Origin: Gemmatimonadota bacterium
Lineage (GTDB): Bacteria; Gemmatimonadota; Gemmatimonadetes; Gemmatimonadales; GWC2-71-9
Assembly: GCA_036679605.1 (NCBI GenBank)
Contig: JAZDCZ010000069.1
Span: 1-40,006 of the forward strand
DNA length: 40,006 bases
Direction: 5' to 3'
Shown here: positions 34,782-40,006 of the stretch, piece by piece
Layout: each line of letters opens with the position of its first letter
Position numbering within the stretch: position 1 is the first letter of the stretch
Made by a program: the position numbers and the translations under genes
Notes under the pieces: model-generated
What the model saw: the letters and a program-made list of their open reading frames with translations, nothing else
Database searches by the model: none
Told to the model about the DNA's origin: nothing

Positions 34782-37466
34782 ATGACCGAGATCACGTCCA
34801 AGCTCTCGACCGCGCTCGCGGACCGCTACCGGATCGAACGCCACTTGGGCGAAGGCGGCATGGCGACCGTCTACCTCGCCGAGGACTTGAAGCACAAGCG
34901 CAAGGTGGCGGTCAAAGTGTTACGGCCTGAACTCGCTGCGGTACTCGGGGCCGAGCGGTTTGTCCAGGAGATCACGACCACCGCGAACCTGCAGCACCCG
35001 CACATTTTGCCGCTGTTCGATTCGGGCGAGGCGGACTCTTTCCTTTATTATGTCATGCCGTTCATCGACGGCGAGACGCTGCGCGACAAGCTGAACCGAG
35101 AGACCCAACTTGGTATCGAGGAAGCGGTCAGCATCACGACCGCCATTGCCGACGCACTGGACTACGCTCATCGGCAGAACGTCATCCATCGAGATATCAA
35201 GCCCGAGAACATCCTGCTCCACGAGGGCCGCCCGATGGTGGCGGACTTCGGAATCGCCTTGGCAGTGAGCGCGGCGGCAGGTGGGCGAATGACGGAGACT
35301 GGTCTGTCGTTGGGCACCCCACACTACATGTCGCCAGAACAAGCGACCGCCGAGAAAGATCTCACGAACAGGTCCGACATCTACTCGTTGGGCAGCGTGC
35401 TTTACGAGATGTTGACGGGCGAGCCGCCGCATACAGGTGCATCAGCGCAAGCGATCATCATGAAGATCGTAGCGGAAGATGTGCAGCCCGTGACGGAGTT
35501 ACGGAAGTCAGTGCCGCCACACGTTGCGGCGGCTACGGCGAAGTCGTTGGAGAAGTTACCCGCCGACCGGTTCGGAACAGCGAAGGAGCTAGCGGAGGCC
35601 CTCACCAACCAGGCGTTCATGCTACCGTCGATGGAGCCGGGGTCGGTTGGCAAAGGTGCCGGGCGATCACGCGTTTGGTCCGTGCTCCCATGGGCGGTTG
35701 CGGCCACCGCAGTGGGCATCATGCTGGTGCGAGGCCCAGCAGCCTCCACGGACGCACCGCGTAGCTGGAACATCGCGCTTCCAGACTCGTTCCCGATGGT
35801 CTTCGTTGGCGAAGGGACGTTCGGTCTAGGATACCCAGCGCTCGACATCTCGCCCGACGGATCACTGATCGTGTACGTGGGCCAGATCGAGGGAACCACG
35901 CAGCTCTTCGTCCGCCCAACCGACGGGTTCGACGTGAGGGCTCTTTCGGGAACGACAGGAGCGTTCCACCCGTTCTTCTCTCCCGACGGGCAAGAGATCG
36001 CGTTCTTCGCCGACGAACAGTTGAAGCGAATCCCCGTCGAGGGCGGGAACGTGTCGGTCGTGACCGAGGCGCCGGACGCCGCTGGAGGAAGTTGGAGCGA
36101 AGACGATGAGATCGTAGTGTCCATCCAAGATGGCAGTGCCGTCATCGTCGTCCGATCCAACGGGCTGGAGCCTCGACGGTTCGGTGGGTTCGGGAATGGA
36201 AGTCCACAGTGGTTGCCGGGTGGTGAGTGGGTGTTGCAGACGTGCGATCTTATCTACCTCTGCGCCTTCGTTCCGGAAAGTGCGGAGAGGCGCTTCCTGA
36301 CCGCGAACGGCGACGCGGTGAGCTCACTTGCCGAAGGCGATGTGCTCCGGGGGAACAGCCCCCGATACTTCCCGAACGGGTACCTGGTTTACGGTGTGCC
36401 CGGACAAAACGTGGCGTTCGCGGTCCGCTTCGATCCGGGAACCCTCACGACGAGCGGGCAGCCCACTCAGGTCCTTGGGGGACTCCGCAGAGAGGCGTTC
36501 TCCGGTGCACTCCACGTTGCTGCCTCCCTCGACGGAACCCTCGTGTTCGCCGGAGGGATCGACGCGGCACTCGGCGAATTGGTATGGGTTGATGGTGACG
36601 GGGTCGAAGAGACACTCCCCTTTCCTGCTCAGCTCTATGGGGCGTTCAGCCTGTCACCGGATGGGAGGCGGGTGGCGGCACCGGTCACCACCGGGGCGGG
36701 TGTGCGCCAATTATGGTTCTTCGACCTTCAGAGAGCCCGGCACCAAGTCTGGGCCGGAGCCTATAACGCCTTCAGCGCGTCGGCGTGGGACAGCACTTCG
36801 CGCTTCACGTACGCGCTCTTTAAGGACGGAGAAAACCGCACCATTCGCATCGACGCCGACGCGGCTAGCGGGGGAGACGCCATTTATGAAGGTAAGGAGA
36901 TTCTGAGCGTCTGGCAGGTGATGTCGGACGGCAGGCTGCTGATCGGAAGATTTGGTCTTAAGAGTGATCTTTGGCTTGTGGACCAAGATGACCTAGCGGA
37001 CGCCAACAACATCGAAGAGGTCGGCTCGCTGCTCGTCCCGCTCGAAGGAGGAGAAATCTTCGGGGCGTTGTCGCCCGACCAGCGCTGGCTCACGTATACG
37101 TCCAACGCGACAGGACCGTACGAGGTCTACGCGCTCGTGTACCCAATAGACGACGATCCCCGGCCCGTTCTCTTGTCGAGAGACGGCGGGGGGGGATCCG
37201 TGTGGTCTCCCAGAGGTGACGGCCTGTACTACAGAGACGCCCGCCGCTTGTATTGGGTCCCGTTGACTGACTCGGCGGAGCAGCCGTTCGGAGACCCGGA
37301 GTTCTTCGCTGAGGGGGAGTACTTGGACCTGCCGGGATTGGAGTACAGGGTGTCTCCGGACGGATCTCGCATCCTCGTCGTGCGGAGCGTCGGGAAGGCA
37401 ACGACCACGACGCTGAACGTCGTCACGAACTGGTTCGAGGAGTTGAAGGCGAAAGTGGGGAACTAA
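34782..37466 (+). CDS. Hanks-type Ser/Thr kinase with TM helix and TolB/PD40-like beta-propeller
   Basis: GEGGMATVY, HRDIKPENI, DFG and GTPHYMSPE motifs; repeated SPDG; C-terminal VVTNWFEELK. Confidence 0.94.
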   Translation: MTEITSKLSTALADRYRIERHLGEGGMATVYLAEDLKHKRKVAVKVLRPELAAVLGAERFVQEITTTANLQHPHILPLFDSGEADSFLYYVMPFIDGETLRDKLNRETQLGIEEAVSITTAIADALDYAHRQNVIHRDIKPENILLHEGRPMVADFGIALAVSAAAGGRMTETGLSLGTPHYMSPEQATAEKDLTNRSDIYSLGSVLYEMLTGEPPHTGASAQAIIMKIVAEDVQPVTELRKSVPPHVAAATAKSLEKLPADRFGTAKELAEALTNQAFMLPSMEPGSVGKGAGRSRVWSVLPWAVAATAVGIMLVRGPAASTDAPRSWNIALPDSFPMVFVGEGTFGLGYPALDISPDGSLIVYVGQIEGTTQLFVRPTDGFDVRALSGTTGAFHPFFSPDGQEIAFFADEQLKRIPVEGGNVSVVTEAPDAAGGSWSEDDEIVVSIQDGSAVIVVRSNGLEPRRFGGFGNGSPQWLPGGEWVLQTCDLIYLCAFVPESAERRFLTANGDAVSSLAEGDVLRGNSPRYFPNGYLVYGVPGQNVAFAVRFDPGTLTTSGQPTQVLGGLRREAFSGALHVAASLDGTLVFAGGIDAALGELVWVDGDGVEETLPFPAQLYGAFSLSPDGRRVAAPVTTGAGVRQLWFFDLQRARHQVWAGAYNAFSASAWDSTSRFTYALFKDGENRTIRIDADAASGGDAIYEGKEILSVWQVMSDGRLLIGRFGLKSDLWLVDQDDLADANNIEEVGSLLVPLEGGEIFGALSPDQRWLTYTSNATGPYEVYALVYPIDDDPRPVLLSRDGGGGSVWSPRGDGLYYRDARRLYWVPLTDSAEQPFGDPEFFAEGEYLDLPGLEYRVSPDGSRILVVRSVGKATTTTLNVVTNWFEELKAKVGN

Positions 37467-37501
37467 AACATCTGCAATTGATGCGAAGAAAAGGTGTACA
37501 G

Positions 37502-37544
37502 CAGTTGCCGTAACAGTTGCCGTAAATGACGGCAATGTACGGCA
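37502..37544. repeat. Clustered TTGCCGTAA-type motifs (possible integrase arm sites)
   Basis: CAGTTGCCGTAA twice in tandem, then inverted TGACGGCAA and TACGGCA; related motifs at 33898-33930. Confidence 0.6.
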
Positions 37545-37915
37545 TGAGGTACTGCAAGATGCCGGTGCCAACGCTCGAAAACTCAGAAAAACCGACAACT
37601 TGTCGTGATTGAGTGTACCCCTGAGCCGAATGGGGTTTACCTGCGGTGGCTGAAGCCATCCTCGGTGCGCTTCCGCGTCACCTGCGCTCGGCCTGCGGCC
37701 GTGCTCGATGCGCTTTGCGTCAGCGGGTCCCGCTACGCTATAGCAATCTCCCGCCCACACAGCATCTTGCCGAGTGTTCTGGTGGACCTTGTGAGTCTAG
37801 GTAATGTGCTGCACTTTGTTCGGTGGTCCAGGGTCCAAGAATCTCGACAGTCGGTTTTTCACGGTGTGTCTTAGTACGCAAACGGCGGCAGCTTATCGCG
37901 CAAAAGGAGAAAAAC

Positions 37916-38437
37916 ATGTCTCGAAGTCCTCAACTTTCAACGATCAGCGCAGTTCTGGCGGCACTTCTTGTCACTGCTGCGTGCCAGCAGACTCCCTCCG
38001 CTGAGCCCGCCACTCCAACGAATGATCTCGTCGGCGCCTGGTCGCTGACCGCCGTTAATCCTGGAGACGGTTCACCCATAATCGAACCCTCTCAGCCCGG
38101 CCTCTACATTTTTGCTGACGGCTATTACAGCGCCGTCTATGCGCCGGGCACCGAACCGCGGCTCAAGTCTGAGGTATCCTTTCAGCCGACGCCAGAAGAG
38201 ATGGTCGCGCAATATGAGACCATTATCGTCAACACAGGGACTTATGAGATTAGCGGATCGACGGTAACATTCCGCCCAATCATCGCGAAAAGCCCAGGGT
38301 TCGTTGGCGGGCACCAGATGTCCACATTCCGGGTGGACGGGGACACTTTGGTGCTCACGGCAACCACGCTCGTCTCGGTGGATGGTGTGTCGCCATCCGA
38401 TTTCGGGGGTTCATTGACTCTCGTGCGGGTGGAGTAA
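37916..38437 (+). CDS. Lipoprotein with lipocalin-like domain
   Basis: AAGGAG RBS; lipobox TAAC; LVGAW, GTYEI.G..V and FRVDGDTL motifs. Confidence 0.8.
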   Translation: MSRSPQLSTISAVLAALLVTAACQQTPSAEPATPTNDLVGAWSLTAVNPGDGSPIIEPSQPGLYIFADGYYSAVYAPGTEPRLKSEVSFQPTPEEMVAQYETIIVNTGTYEISGSTVTFRPIIAKSPGFVGGHQMSTFRVDGDTLVLTATTLVSVDGVSPSDFGGSLTLVRVE

Positions 38438-38549
38438 CGCGTTGCTTTCGCTTGAGAGACGCGGCCTAACGCATATTGAAAGCGCGCCCCCTGCTGCTAT
38501 CATGGAGTCGACGAAGACCCATGGACCATCGCAGCAAGGAGCAGCTCTC

Positions 38550-39592
38550 ATGAAACGGACTACGAAATATGTCGCACGGTCGCCTCTGTGCGAGGAGAGA
38601 GCGGCCGGGTGATCGCCCGGAGCATTCTGCCGACGGAGGAGCCGGCGCTCAGGGACTTCTTGGGCGGCATGCGCGGCACTGTGCACGTCGCCTTTGAGGA
38701 AGGAACCCAGGCGCAGTGGTTGCACGACCTGATCACGCCGTTGGTGGATCGCGTCGTCGTCTGCGATCGGCGCGGCGCAGCCCGTCGTGGCAACAAGGGT
38801 GACCATCATGATGCGGATGAGTTATCCGAGTTGTTGCGGCGTAACGGACTGCGGATGGTGTATCACGGCAGTGCGCTCCACCTTGATCTCAAGGAGTTCA
38901 CCCGCACGTACCGAAACCTGGTCGAGGACTCGACGCGGGTGATGCTACGCCTCAAGGCGCTGTTCCGCGCCCGCGCGATAAGGACCTCGGGCACGGCGGT
39001 CTATCACCCTCGGAACCGCGGGCAGTGGCTCGCGCAACTCACCGAGCGCGGTATTCGGTTCCGGGCCGAGGCCCTCTACGCGGAGCTCGACGTGCTCCGA
39101 GCACTGCGCCCCAAGGCGAAGGCGGCGATGATCGCGGAGGCCAACCGCAACCCGGCGTGGCCTGTGCTGCAGGCGATCCCATTTTATGGGCCGGTGCGTG
39201 TGGCATTGCTGCTGGCCACGATGGGGACGCCCTGGCGCTTTCGTACCAAACGGAACCTGTGGGCCTACGCGGGTCTGGCAGTGGTCACACGCTCGAGCGC
39301 GGACTATACGCTCGTCGCTGGTCAGCCGGTGCGCCGGCGCCGGGCACCATTGACGCGTGGGCTGAATCCAAATCACAACCGGGTGCTCAAGGACGTGTTC
39401 AAAGGCGCGGCCACAGCCGCCACGGTGCAGCCCGGGCCCCTGCAGGAATTCTACTGCGGGTTGCTCGCCCGCGGAATGCGAGAGCCGATGGCGCGCGTGA
39501 CACTAGCGCGCAAGCTCGCCGCACTCACACTACGACTCTGGAAGACAGGAGAGCGCTACGATCCAGCGAAGCTGACAATGCAAGCGCAGTAG
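38550..39592 (+). pseudogene. IS110-family recombinase with an N-terminal deletion/frameshift
   Basis: MKRTTKYVA then a frame change to TVASVR; the LDVH-type first RuvC strand is missing. EEGT, K.DHHDA, YAGL...SS and ARKL motifs are present; AAGGAG RBS. Confidence 0.85.
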
Positions 39593-39699
39593 CGTTCGGT
39601 GCCAAGAGGCGGCGGTGCGGGTGCTGGGCACCTCGCCCCTCCGGCTCCAGGCTCCGGGACAACGGTGCGAGGGGTAGTCTCATTACAGGTGTTCCGCCC

Positions 39700-39835
39700 G
39701 GCAGCAGTCCGCTGAGGCACTCGCCTAACTCTAGGCCCCCTCGCAGGACCCGAAGAAGCGTCAGGCCGGCTGTGTGCCGAGTCTCAGATAGAACCATGGT
39801 TCGCGTCACGCGACCTTAATGCTTGTTACTTGTCC
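39700..39835 (+). ncRNA. Putative bridge RNA/seekRNA core of the IS1111-group element (boundaries approximate)
   Basis: GCCTAAC (39723-39729) equals the left flank; ATAGAAC (39788-39794) equals the element right end; both lie next to predicted hairpins. Confidence 0.65.
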
Positions 39836-40006
39836 GGTCGGATCTGGAGTTGAATTGAGGTGACCAATGCGGAAGAAGACTGCCCCGCGTACCCAGAAGC
39901 ACCGGAAGGCCTCGTCCCCTCAACAGTCAGGGCTGATTGCCCATGGACAAAATCCCCAGCAATCGGCGGCGGCGAGGTGTGCCATTGACAATCGCTTTCA
40001 TAGAAC

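Larger units (their letters stand above)
38471..40006 (+). mobile_element. IS110-family insertion sequence, IS1111 group
   Basis: Sub-terminal inverted repeats TGAAAGCG (38477-38484) and CGCTTTCA (39993-40000); short left end and about 400-bp right non-coding end; AAC shared at both boundaries. Confidence 0.85.

Noticed and set aside
31..39819. Numerous long antisense and alternate-frame ORFs (e.g. 7632..8822, 10081..10863, 39025..39819)
   Set aside because: They are shadows of well-supported genes in GC-rich DNA, Arg/Pro/Ser-rich and without motifs.

Overview
GC-rich bacterial chromosomal window, most consistent with Gemmatimonadota (inference from the two Hanks-type kinases and the general gene style). 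Bases 1-16.7 kb are mostly ordinary metabolic and envelope genes plus a VapBC pair. From 16.7 kb on the window is a rearranged accessory region. The main unexplained structure is a family of co-oriented 108-bp elements with terminal inverted repeats: two empty copies, and split left/right ends that bracket single cargo genes with no cognate transposase in view. Other highlights: a tRNA gene with a tRNA-Leu body but a CAC (Val) anticodon, whose anticodon arm is complementary over 13 nt to its own trailer and which lies between 35-bp direct repeats; a tRNA-Pro(GGG) locus with tandem promoter-bearing 5'-half copies, 3'-end duplications and hairpin insertions at GGTTCA; and an IS1111-group IS110 element whose putative bridge-RNA guides can be read from the sequence. 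Four genes carry internal deletions that could be real or assembly artefacts. All calls are by eye; no searches or folding programs were run.
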